Origin: Ferruginibacter sp.
GTDB lineage: Bacteria > Bacteroidota > Bacteroidia > Chitinophagales > Chitinophagaceae
Reading direction: 5' to 3'
DNA length: 33,707 bases
NCBI GenBank assembly: GCA_046595965.1
Contig: JBKJSJ010000077.1
Coordinates: 1 to 33,707 of the forward strand
The notes beneath the pieces were generated by a model. That model saw nothing but the letters and a program-made list of their open reading frames with translations, made no database searches and was not told where the DNA came from. A program made the position numbers and the translations under genes. Position 1 is the stretch's first letter, and each line of letters opens with the position of its first letter. Below, piece by piece: positions 8,846 to 17,233 of this stretch.

Positions 8846-11068
8846 ATGAAAAGAAATTTGTTTTTTTTTATATTTATTTTCCTTGCCATTTTTGTTAAGG
8901 CACAAAAAATAAATATCTTTCCCACAGACAGCCTTAAAGAAATTAACCTGAATGAGATAACCATTTCAGCAAACAGGTTTGGAGAACATAAAAAATACCT
9001 GGCCCAGCAGGTGCAAACCATTGGCAGTAAAAAAATTGCTTTTCTCAATCAGCAAACCACAGCAGAATTACTTAGCAACACCGGAAATGTTTTTGTTCAA
9101 AAAAGCCAGTTGGGAGGTGGAAGCCCCGTTATACGTGGCTTTGAAGCAAACAAGATTCTTATTTTGATTGATGGTGTAAGAATGAACAATGCAGTTTTTA
9201 GAGGCGGTCATCTGCAAAACATTATTACAATGGATAACAGTATCCTGGATAATGTAGAAATACTTTTGGGGCCGGCTTCTGTAATGTATGGTAGTGATGC
9301 ACTGGGAGGTGTTTTAAGTTTTTACACTAAAAAACCTATCCTTTCTCCATCAGCCAGTAAAGATACCATAGGCCTTAATGCATTTGTAAGATATGCATCT
9401 GCATACAATGAAAAAACCGGCCATATAGATTTTAATATAGGTGTAAAAAACCTGGCATCGCTCAGCAGTTTTACCTTTTCAAATTTTGGAGATCTTAAAC
9501 AGGGCTCAAACTATTACAACAATTTTCCTAACTGGGGCAAGCATAATTTTTATGTTGCAAATGTTAATGGTATTGATTCAATTGTAAAAAATAATAATGC
9601 CAGTAACCAAGTTTTAACAGGGTATAAGCAATACGATTTTTTGCAAAAATTTTTATTCAAAACCTTCAAGCTGGAGCATATTTTTAATTTCCAGTTTTCT
9701 ACTTCTTCTAACATAAACCGGTATGACAGGCTTACTGAAACCACTAATGCAGGTATTCCTAAAAGCGCAGCATGGTATTATGGGCCACAAAAAAGAATGA
9801 TGGCATCATGGCAAATTAATTTTCCTGCAAGTAGTATATACGACAAAACCCAATGGACTGCAGCTTATCAGAATATAGAAGAGAGTCGCCACAACCGCAA
9901 TTACAGAAGTATCAAACTCAATCATAGAATTGAAAAAATAAAAGTGCTTAGCCTGAATGCAGATTTTTTTAAAAAAATTAATAAAACAGAATTTAGTTAT
10001 GGAGCAGAAATAACTTACAATAAAGTAAACTCCACAGCATATTCCCAAAACATTCAAACAGGCATTAAAGCTAACTTAGATACCCGCTATCCGGATGGGG
10101 GCAGCAATACACAATCTTATGCTGTATATAGTGCTGCTTTGTATAAATTTTCTACCAAGATCATTGCTAATACAGGCGTTCGTTATACACATAACCGCCT
10201 TTATTCAAAATTTAAAGACAAAACATTTTTTCCTTTTCCCTACAATAATATAGAGCAAAAAACAGATGCGTTTTCCGCTAACCTCGGGCTGGTTTTTTTA
10301 CCTGTTACTGGTTGGAAAATTTCTACTTTAATGGCCACCGGTTTTCGGGCCCCAAATGTAGATGATATGTCAAAAGTTTTTGAGAGCGGTAATGGAAATT
10401 TGATTGTTCCCAATCCCAATATAAAACCCGAAAAAACATTGAACTATGAACTGGGAATATCAAAAATTATAAACAAAAAATGGCAATTGGGTGGTACTGC
10501 CTGGTACACAAAATATACTAATATTCTTACTACCGATGCAAGTACATTTAATGGATTACCTACCATTGTTTACAATGGCAGTACCAGTAATGTGGTGACC
10601 CTTTTAAATAAAAAGAAAGGTTATATATGGGGTTTAAGTGCGAATATGGGTGCAGATATAACCCAGCACTTTTCATTTTCTTCTACCTTTAATTATACTT
10701 ATGGAAGAATAAATGAACTACCCCAAAATTATCCCATGGATCATGTGCCACCTCTATATGGGAAAACAAATTTTACGGTAAGATCTGGCAAATTTACTGC
10801 CGAGGGTTTTGCATTGTATAATGGCAAAAAAAGATCTGCTGATTATAATCTAAGGGGAGAAGACAATCAACAATATAGTGCAGACCCTGTAAATGGTTTT
10901 ACACCTGCGTGGCTTACCGCAAATTTCAGGTCGGGTTATAGAATAAATAAATATACAACTGTGCAACTGGCCGTAGAAAATATTTTAGATAAATTTTACC
11001 GGGTTTTTGCATCCGGCCTAAGTGCTCCAGGGAGAAATTTAGTAATTACGCTTAGAGGGAATTTGTAA
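8846..11068 (+). CDS. TonB-dependent outer-membrane receptor (haem/haemoglobin-receptor-like)
   Basis: Likely start MKRNLFF at 8846; plug motifs QKSQLGGGSPVIRGFEAN, IDGVRMNN and GPASVMYGSDALGG; FRAP and NPNIKPE; C-terminal VENILDK-Y...PGRN. Confidence 0.92.
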   Translation: MKRNLFFFIFIFLAIFVKAQKINIFPTDSLKEINLNEITISANRFGEHKKYLAQQVQTIGSKKIAFLNQQTTAELLSNTGNVFVQKSQLGGGSPVIRGFEANKILILIDGVRMNNAVFRGGHLQNIITMDNSILDNVEILLGPASVMYGSDALGGVLSFYTKKPILSPSASKDTIGLNAFVRYASAYNEKTGHIDFNIGVKNLASLSSFTFSNFGDLKQGSNYYNNFPNWGKHNFYVANVNGIDSIVKNNNASNQVLTGYKQYDFLQKFLFKTFKLEHIFNFQFSTSSNINRYDRLTETTNAGIPKSAAWYYGPQKRMMASWQINFPASSIYDKTQWTAAYQNIEESRHNRNYRSIKLNHRIEKIKVLSLNADFFKKINKTEFSYGAEITYNKVNSTAYSQNIQTGIKANLDTRYPDGGSNTQSYAVYSAALYKFSTKIIANTGVRYTHNRLYSKFKDKTFFPFPYNNIEQKTDAFSANLGLVFLPVTGWKISTLMATGFRAPNVDDMSKVFESGNGNLIVPNPNIKPEKTLNYELGISKIINKKWQLGGTAWYTKYTNILTTDASTFNGLPTIVYNGSTSNVVTLLNKKKGYIWGLSANMGADITQHFSFSSTFNYTYGRINELPQNYPMDHVPPLYGKTNFTVRSGKFTAEGFALYNGKKRSADYNLRGEDNQQYSADPVNGFTPAWLTANFRSGYRINKYTTVQLAVENILDKFYRVFASGLSAPGRNLVITLRGNL

Positions 11069-11186
11069 TACATTTGATTTAAACCCACAAAAATTGCCCG
11101 AATGTTAAAATTCATTAGATATTTTTATAGAGCAGCATTAGTTTAAATAATATTGTCTAAATTGAAAGGTAATAAACCAACAACTT

Positions 11187-11765
11187 ATGACCGAAGAGCA
11201 GATGCTTGCCGGAAGTGTAAAAAACAATCCTGCTGCCCAGGAGGAATTGTATAATCGTTTCAGCCCCCGTATGTTGGGAGTTTGCTACCGTTTTGCCAAA
11301 AACAGGGAAGACGCTGAAGACATGCTTCAGGAAGGATTCATTAAAATATTTACACAATTACATCAGTACCGGGGTGAAGGTGCACTGGAAGGCTGGATCC
11401 GGAGAATTGTGGTGCATACCTGCATAAATATTTTAAAGAAAAATAAAAAGTTTGCCGATAGTGTAAATATTATTTATGCCAAAAGTGTTCATATTAGAGA
11501 AGAAATGATTCCCTCTATTATGCAGGCAAAACAGGTAGTAGAATGCATAAGATTACTTCCATTAGGATACAGAACTGTTTTAAACCTTTATGCCATAGAA
11601 GGTTTTTCACATAAGGAAATTGGGCAGTTATTAGATATTGAAGAAAGCACCAGTCGTAGCCAATATACAAGAGCCAAGGCAATGCTTGAGGAAGTATTAA
11701 TAAAGAAAAAAATAATTCAAAAACCGAGGAAGGTCAGTTACAGGGATGCTGCAACTTCCAGTTAA
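11187..11765 (+). CDS. ECF RNA polymerase sigma factor
   Basis: Region 2 DAEDMLQEGFIKIF...WIRRIVV; region 4 LPLGYRTVLNLYAIEGFSHKEIG...STSRSQY-RAK. Confidence 0.95.
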   Translation: MTEEQMLAGSVKNNPAAQEELYNRFSPRMLGVCYRFAKNREDAEDMLQEGFIKIFTQLHQYRGEGALEGWIRRIVVHTCINILKKNKKFADSVNIIYAKSVHIREEMIPSIMQAKQVVECIRLLPLGYRTVLNLYAIEGFSHKEIGQLLDIEESTSRSQYTRAKAMLEEVLIKKKIIQKPRKVSYRDAATSS

Positions 11766-11818
11766 TATTAATAAAAAAATTGCCTGAATTACCAAACTAA
11801 TAAAGACTATTGTGAAAG

Positions 11819-13384
11819 ATGGAAAATGAACTTTACACGGACGATTTTGAACAGCTTCTGAAGGATACCACCAATGATTTTAGAATGTATCCTTCCAGGA
11901 AAGTGTGGCACAGCATTTACAACGATCTTCATCCGGATCGCAGATGGCCTTCCTTTGCAGTGTGCCTTTTATTAATTACTTCTATTCTTTATGTAGGTAT
12001 AAATAATAATAATGCAATTAATGCAGATGCTGAAAAACTATTGGTATCTACCCTTTCTCCTGTTTTAAACACTGCTATTAAACCAACACTATTAAACGCA
12101 AACCCTTTAGCAGGGGAGAAAGAAAATAATATAAATTTTAATGGAAATATTACCCGAAACGGTGCTGAAAAAAATTATTCAACTAACTTAACTGATGCAC
12201 CAACTGCTTCATTAAATTCTACGATAATCAATAAAAAGAAATCTATTAATACAGCCAGACAAGATCTGTTCTTTTCCGTTAATCCTGCTGAGAAAAGCCC
12301 CTCTTTGATGGCTGAAAATAAGACTAAAGAAATCATTAATATTAGTTCATCTATTATATCATCAGATATAAAAAACAATGCTACTTTCATTATTGCTGAC
12401 ACTAAAAAAGAAGCAAATGAAAATATTGTAATAAGCAATGTGCCAATTACAAGCCCGGAAAATTTATTGGCAGCAGATGAAAAAAATATAAAAAAACTTG
12501 AACCTGATGAACTTATTTTTACAGCTCCTGCTTTTGCAAAAAACAGCTCCCTTTCCCTGTTGGAATCTAACATAAAAACCCGCAACACCGAAGAAGTTGT
12601 ATGGATGGAAGATTATGCTTTTCATAATAAACGCAACAGCGATAAATGGAAAACTCATCTTTCTTCCTTAATTTATATCACGCCATCTGTAGGCTATAGA
12701 ATTTTAAATAAAAATAATAGTTTTGAACCTTCTAATGCTTTGCTTATTCGCAATGCTGCAAATACAGTAAATGCGGATGAATCTATCAACCAACAGGCAG
12801 CACTCAACCTGGAAGCTGGAACTGCATTTATAATGGGTCTTTCAAAAAGAATAAGAATTAAAGCCGGCCTGCAGTTTAATTATACAAATTACATTACTTA
12901 TGCACAGAAGCTAAACCATCCAACTCAAACAAATGTTTTAATAAATGATCGGAATACCAACAGCACTTTGCTCGTTCCTTACAGTGCCATTTATGCAAAC
13001 AAACCCGGCAATAATTTTGCAAAGCTGAATAATAAAACGGTGCAGTTTTCTATTCCGGCAGGTGCAGATATTAAGATAGCTGGCAAGGATAAATTAAAAT
13101 GGTATGTGGGTGCTACAATTCAACCAACCTATACTGCTGGCGGCAATGCTTACCTGGTTTCTTCTGATTATAAAAATTATGTAGATGTTCCCTCTATGCT
13201 TAGATCCTGGAATTTTAATACAGGTATTGAAGCATTTGTAAGTTTTAAAACTAAAAATGGTTCGCTTATAAACCTGGGGCCACAATTTCGTTACCAGCTT
13301 TTATCTACCTATAGCGACCAATATACTTATTCCGAAAAATTGTATAATATTGGTATTAAGTTAGGCATTACCCGAAAATTATAA
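11819..13384 (+). CDS. Putative anti-sigma factor with TM helix, long disordered linker and C-terminal OM beta-barrel (Dma-like architecture)
   Basis: Short N-terminal domain (FEQLLKD...PSRKVW-SI); hydrophobic helix FAVCLLLITSILYVGI; N/S/K/E-rich low-complexity middle; amphipathic beta-strands ending NIGIKLGITRKL; directly after the ECF sigma. Confidence 0.7.
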   Translation: MENELYTDDFEQLLKDTTNDFRMYPSRKVWHSIYNDLHPDRRWPSFAVCLLLITSILYVGINNNNAINADAEKLLVSTLSPVLNTAIKPTLLNANPLAGEKENNINFNGNITRNGAEKNYSTNLTDAPTASLNSTIINKKKSINTARQDLFFSVNPAEKSPSLMAENKTKEIINISSSIISSDIKNNATFIIADTKKEANENIVISNVPITSPENLLAADEKNIKKLEPDELIFTAPAFAKNSSLSLLESNIKTRNTEEVVWMEDYAFHNKRNSDKWKTHLSSLIYITPSVGYRILNKNNSFEPSNALLIRNAANTVNADESINQQAALNLEAGTAFIMGLSKRIRIKAGLQFNYTNYITYAQKLNHPTQTNVLINDRNTNSTLLVPYSAIYANKPGNNFAKLNNKTVQFSIPAGADIKIAGKDKLKWYVGATIQPTYTAGGNAYLVSSDYKNYVDVPSMLRSWNFNTGIEAFVSFKTKNGSLINLGPQFRYQLLSTYSDQYTYSEKLYNIGIKLGITRKL

Positions 13385-13399
13385 TTCTTAAAAAATAGT

Positions 13400-13432
13400 A
13401 AAAAGCGCAACAGGTTTTGTTGCGCTTTTTTT
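13400..13432 (+). terminator. Intrinsic (probably bidirectional) terminator
   Basis: AAAAAGCGCAACA-GGTTT-TGTTGCGCTTTTT perfect stem with a T-tract, after the sigma/anti-sigma pair. Confidence 0.85.
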
Positions 13433-13481
13433 ATGATTGTATATTGCGAAGCATTGAAATTTTACAGCTAATTTTGAATTT

Positions 13482-14069
13482 ATGATGAAAGTTTTTATTT
13501 TAATTGTAATGATCATACTGGGTGTTTCCTGTAATACCAATTCCGGTAAGCCGGCAATTATTCCTAAGGAAAATAAAACAGCAATAAATACAGATTTTTT
13601 TCCTGTAACTAATTTTATTAAAGGACAGATAGTAGAAATGGGCCACAATGGTATTAATCCTTTAAAGATAATCAGCGCCGGCAATAAAGTAGATTCTGCC
13701 TGGCTTAAAATAGAAGATTTAAATTTAGCCTTTGCAGAGTTTCTTTCTCCCATTATAGACAGCAGTAACCTTCGTTCATTTTTTAAAGAAAATAAATTTT
13801 TAGATCAAACACTGCATACTTATACATTTACTTACGAACCCCTAACCCAACTTCCAGACAGTATTGAGTTACAGAGATGGGATGTTTATATTAATCCTGA
13901 TAATAATTCTGTAAAAAGAATTTACATTGAGAAAAATATTTCTGTCACAAAAAAATTGTTGCTTACCTGGCAGAGTAACCAATGGTGTAGGATTGTTACG
14001 GTTACTGTAAATGCATCTGGAAAAGAGTTGGTAGAAAAAGAAGTAGAAATTAAATGGAGTTTTGAATAA
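13482..14069 (+). CDS. Hypothetical lipoprotein
   Basis: 195-aa ORF with lipoprotein signal ...ILGVS-C; 5 nt upstream of uvrC; TAATTTTG -7 element at 13469-13476. Confidence 0.75.
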   Translation: MMKVFILIVMIILGVSCNTNSGKPAIIPKENKTAINTDFFPVTNFIKGQIVEMGHNGINPLKIISAGNKVDSAWLKIEDLNLAFAEFLSPIIDSSNLRSFFKENKFLDQTLHTYTFTYEPLTQLPDSIELQRWDVYINPDNNSVKRIYIEKNISVTKKLLLTWQSNQWCRIVTVTVNASGKELVEKEVEIKWSFE

Positions 14070-14074
14070 TAAAA

Positions 14075-15889
14075 ATGACAGCAAAAGAATTTTCAGATAT
14101 TGCAGATACAATACCGGTATTACCTGGCATTTACAAGTATTATGACATCAGCAGCCAACTGATATATGTGGGTAAGGCCAAGCACCTGAGAAAAAGAATC
14201 AGCAGTTATTTTTCTAAAACACTTAGCAGCTATAAAACCATTGAACTGGTTCACAGAATTCATACCATTGAATTTACAATTGTAAACAGCGAACAAGATG
14301 CTTTTCTTTTAGAAAATTCTTTGATCAAAGAATATCAACCCCTCTTTAATATCAATTTAAAAGACGATAAAACCTACCCCTATATCGTAGTAAAGAATGA
14401 GCCTTTTCCCAGAGTATTTTTTACCAGAAAAAAAATAAATGATGGCTCTCAGTATTTTGGCCCTTATACTTCTGTAGCTAAGGTAAGAGACCTGCTTGAT
14501 TTTATTAAACAACATATTCCGCTTAGAACCTGTAAACTAAATCTTACTGCTTCAAATATTCAGAAAAAAAAATTTAAGGTTTGCCTGGAATATCATTTAG
14601 GAAATTGCAAAGGACCCTGCGAAGCACTGCAAACAGCACGAGATTATCAGGAAGGTATTGAGCAATTAAAACATTTATTAAAAGGCAACTTATCGCCGGT
14701 AATGCAACATTATAAAAGTCTTGTAAAATTACATGCTCAGCAAATGGAGTTTGAAAAAGCTTCTTTTTATCAATCTAAAATAGAACACCTGCAGCAATAC
14801 CAGGCCAGGTCTGCAGTGGTAAATACCAAAACCGGCACCATAGATGTTTTTAGTATTATAGAAGAAGGAGATACTGCTTATGTAAATTATCTGGCAGTAA
14901 GCAACGGCAGTATCATTCAAACAAAAACAATTACCCTGGAAAAAAAGCTGGAAGAACAGGCTGCAGAAGTTTTGATATTTGCAATAGCACAACTCAGAAA
15001 AACTTTTGAAAGTGAGGCCACTGAAATTATAGTTCCTTTTTTAATTGAGTACCCAGAAGAAAATATTACAGTAACGGTTCCCAGGGCAGGAGATAAAAAA
15101 AAACTATTGGATCTCTCTATAAAAAACGTAAACTATTTTACAGAGGAGCTGCAAGCAAAAAGTTTATTGAAGCTGGAAGACAAAAGCACAAACGAAAAAA
15201 GAGTAGTACTGGAACAACTGCAACAGGATCTGCACTTAAAAGAACTGCCCCTGCATATTGAATGTTTTGACAACTCCAATTTTCATGGCAGTTACCCGGT
15301 GGCCGCAATGGTTTGTTTTAGAGATGGTGAACCCAGTAAAAAAGATTACCGGCATTATAATATAAAAACTGTAACAGGTATAAATGATTTTGCATCTATG
15401 AGTGAAGTAGTGTACAGGAGATATGCAAGGTTGATCAATGAAAATAAAAGTTTACCTAATCTTATAATTATTGATGGTGGTAAAGGGCAATTGAGTGCCG
15501 CCCTGGAAAGCATTTATAAACTGGATCTGCAGGGCAAGACCACCCTGGTAGGTTTGGCAAAAAATAAAGAAGAATTATTTTTTGCAGGAGATACTGCATC
15601 ACTGGAACTACCATGGGATAGTGAAAGCCTGAAACTGATAAGAAGGATAAGAGATGAAGTGCATCGCTTTGGAATTGGTTTTCACAGAAACCAACGAAGC
15701 AAGGGAACTTTTAAAAACGAACTGGAAGCTATAAAAGGAATTGGAAAACAAACAGCTGATTTGTTATTAAAAAAATTTAGATCTGTATCAAAAATAAAAG
15801 AAGCATCTATAGAAGAGATAAGCAGTTTAATTGGTGATAGCAAAGCAGCTATTTTATTTAAGGGATTTAACCCTAAAGTTGAGGAATAA
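14075..15889 (+). CDS. uvrC: Excinuclease ABC subunit C
   Basis: GIY-YIG (PGIYKY...IYVGKAK-LRKR), Cys cluster, IECFDNS, IIDGGKGQL, IRDEVHRF and C-terminal HhH (IKGIG). Confidence 0.98.
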   Translation: MTAKEFSDIADTIPVLPGIYKYYDISSQLIYVGKAKHLRKRISSYFSKTLSSYKTIELVHRIHTIEFTIVNSEQDAFLLENSLIKEYQPLFNINLKDDKTYPYIVVKNEPFPRVFFTRKKINDGSQYFGPYTSVAKVRDLLDFIKQHIPLRTCKLNLTASNIQKKKFKVCLEYHLGNCKGPCEALQTARDYQEGIEQLKHLLKGNLSPVMQHYKSLVKLHAQQMEFEKASFYQSKIEHLQQYQARSAVVNTKTGTIDVFSIIEEGDTAYVNYLAVSNGSIIQTKTITLEKKLEEQAAEVLIFAIAQLRKTFESEATEIIVPFLIEYPEENITVTVPRAGDKKKLLDLSIKNVNYFTEELQAKSLLKLEDKSTNEKRVVLEQLQQDLHLKELPLHIECFDNSNFHGSYPVAAMVCFRDGEPSKKDYRHYNIKTVTGINDFASMSEVVYRRYARLINENKSLPNLIIIDGGKGQLSAALESIYKLDLQGKTTLVGLAKNKEELFFAGDTASLELPWDSESLKLIRRIRDEVHRFGIGFHRNQRSKGTFKNELEAIKGIGKQTADLLLKKFRSVSKIKEASIEEISSLIGDSKAAILFKGFNPKVEE

Positions 15890-15948
15890 AAAAAGGGCCA
15901 GGATAAAAATCCAGCCCTGCTTTAAAATCCAATATCCTATGAAAAACC
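15888..15948 (-). ncRNA. Putative small RNA, copy 1 (~60 nt)
   Basis: TATATTTG -7 element at 15953-15960 with TTG 20 nt further upstream; body ends in a GGGCUGGAU/AUCCUGGCCC hairpin plus U7; 5' end inferred. Confidence 0.6.
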
Positions 15949-15983
15949 GATACAAATATATCTCTGTATAATATATCAGGCAA

Positions 15984-15999
15984 TACGCCTTTTGGGGTA
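15984..15999. promoter_or_regulatory. 7-2-7 inverted-repeat operator upstream of sRNA copy 1
   Basis: TACGCCT-TT-TGGGGTA, 23 nt from the -7 element. Confidence 0.55.
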
Positions 16000-16028
16000 T
16001 GATTATTTTTTACCATTCTTTGATACAT

Positions 16029-16089
16029 AAAAAAAGGGCCAGGATAGAAATCCAGCCCTGCTTTAAAATCCAATATCCTATGAAAAACC
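16029..16089 (-). ncRNA. Putative small RNA, copy 2 (~60 nt)
   Basis: TATATTTG at 16094-16101; same body and terminator as copy 1, differing only in the hairpin loop. Confidence 0.6.
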
Positions 16090-16124
16090 GATACAAATAT
16101 ATAGGTGCCTTTTAATTTTGCCTA

Positions 16125-16140
16125 TACCCTTTTCCGGGTA
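16125..16140. promoter_or_regulatory. 7-2-7 inverted-repeat operator upstream of sRNA copy 2
   Basis: TACCCTT-TT-CCGGGTA, also 23 nt from the -7 element. Confidence 0.55.
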
Positions 16141-16152
16141 TTTTTTAAAATA

Positions 16153-16180
16153 ATAAACCCCTCCAATTGGAAGGGCTTAT
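16153..16180 (-). terminator. Terminator of the gldKLMN operon
   Basis: Minus strand ATAAGCCCTTCC-AATT-GGAGGGGTTTAT followed by T-rich sequence, about 25 nt after the gldN stop. Confidence 0.7.
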
Positions 16181-16203
16181 ATTAAAAAGTTAGTGTCGGT
16201 ATT

Positions 16204-17223
16204 CTAATAACTCCACAGATCCTGTTCGTAGGTAAATATTTTTTCTTTAATATTTTCTCCTTCCAGCAACTGCAGAATAGTATTTTCACTTAAGCCCTTA
16301 TAATTTTTAATAAACTGATCGTAAGGATTATCTATCGTGCTTTTAATAATTCTGCCATAAAACATCCGGCTTTCAAATAATTCTTCCCAGCTCATGCGTG
16401 CGCCAAAGTTTTTGCCATTGTACACTTCGTATTTAGCAAATATGCTACGCATATCAGGATAGTAAACCCAGAACAGTTCAGACTCACCCAAGTTTACCCC
16501 CTGGGAAGTAATTACATTTTTTACGGGGGCAATACCTAGTATCCTCCAGAACAGTCGGGAACTTTCTTTATCAAAAATTACTTCTTCCTTAATTCTGAAT
16601 TTATAAAATGAATCGAAGTTAATATCGTTTACCATTTTCTTAGTGCCGGTAAGATTTCCCTGTGCATCGTAGATAGGAACATCTATTGGTTCGCCAGAGA
16701 TTACTTTACCAACTTCTCCTCTGGTCATTGGAGTAGTAAACCTGTCATCCACTGCACTAAAAACAGTTACCAGGCTATCCTGAATAGATTGCATAAGTAT
16801 AGAAATAAAACGTTGATTGCCGTTATTTTCATCAGCAGAATACTTAAAGGGTAAATTTATTTTTTCCCTGGTATCTATTTCTCTCCATATTTTATGCCTG
16901 TACACCGCATCATCAGCACGCAGGTGCTCGTAAGCAAGGGGGGTTCTGTCTCTCAATACGGTAGTTTCCACAGCCTCGTCCGGACGTAACGATTTCTTTA
17001 CCGCTTTAATGGGTAAACTATCATTTGCCGGAGCTTCAGTTTCTACCACCGCAGCAATAGGATCGGCAGTAGCCACTGTGGGCTGCACTTTTGCTTTTGT
17101 TTTGGTAGAAGTAGATCTACGGGTAGAACTACGTTTTACAGGTTTTTTTTGAGCCAGAGCTACCTCGGTAAAACCGCTGAGCAAAACTGCCAGGAACAAA
17201 AATTTGAAGATGTTCTTTTTCAT
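16204..17223 (-). CDS. gldN: T9SS/gliding motility ring protein GldN (PorN)
   Basis: Likely start MKKNIF at 17223 with signal peptide; PLAYEHLRADD, IWREIDTREKIN, FDKESSR-RILGIAP, LFWVYYP and C-terminal EQDLWSY; follows gldM. Confidence 0.93.
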   Translation of the reverse strand: MKKNIFKFLFLAVLLSGFTEVALAQKKPVKRSSTRRSTSTKTKAKVQPTVATADPIAAVVETEAPANDSLPIKAVKKSLRPDEAVETTVLRDRTPLAYEHLRADDAVYRHKIWREIDTREKINLPFKYSADENNGNQRFISILMQSIQDSLVTVFSAVDDRFTTPMTRGEVGKVISGEPIDVPIYDAQGNLTGTKKMVNDINFDSFYKFRIKEEVIFDKESSRLFWRILGIAPVKNVITSQGVNLGESELFWVYYPDMRSIFAKYEVYNGKNFGARMSWEELFESRMFYGRIIKSTIDNPYDQFIKNYKGLSENTILQLLEGENIKEKIFTYEQDLWSY

Positions 17224-17233
17224 AGATTCATAT

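Larger units (their letters stand above)
15886..16102. repeat. Direct repeat: 2 x 76 bp (15886-15961 and 16027-16102), period 141 bp, one mismatch
   Basis: Direct sequence comparison; the only difference is 15906 A versus 16047 G. Confidence 0.97.

Noticed and set aside
15873-16073. 66-aa minus-strand ORF with a repeated DFKAGLDFYPGPFF peptide
   Set aside because: By-product of the 141-bp (3n) period; it has a TTG start, reads through terminator hairpins and overlaps the uvrC 3' end
15886-16102. CRISPR mini-array interpretation of the direct repeat
   Set aside because: Only two units, 76 bp is too long, no cas genes are present, and each unit carries its own promoter box and terminator
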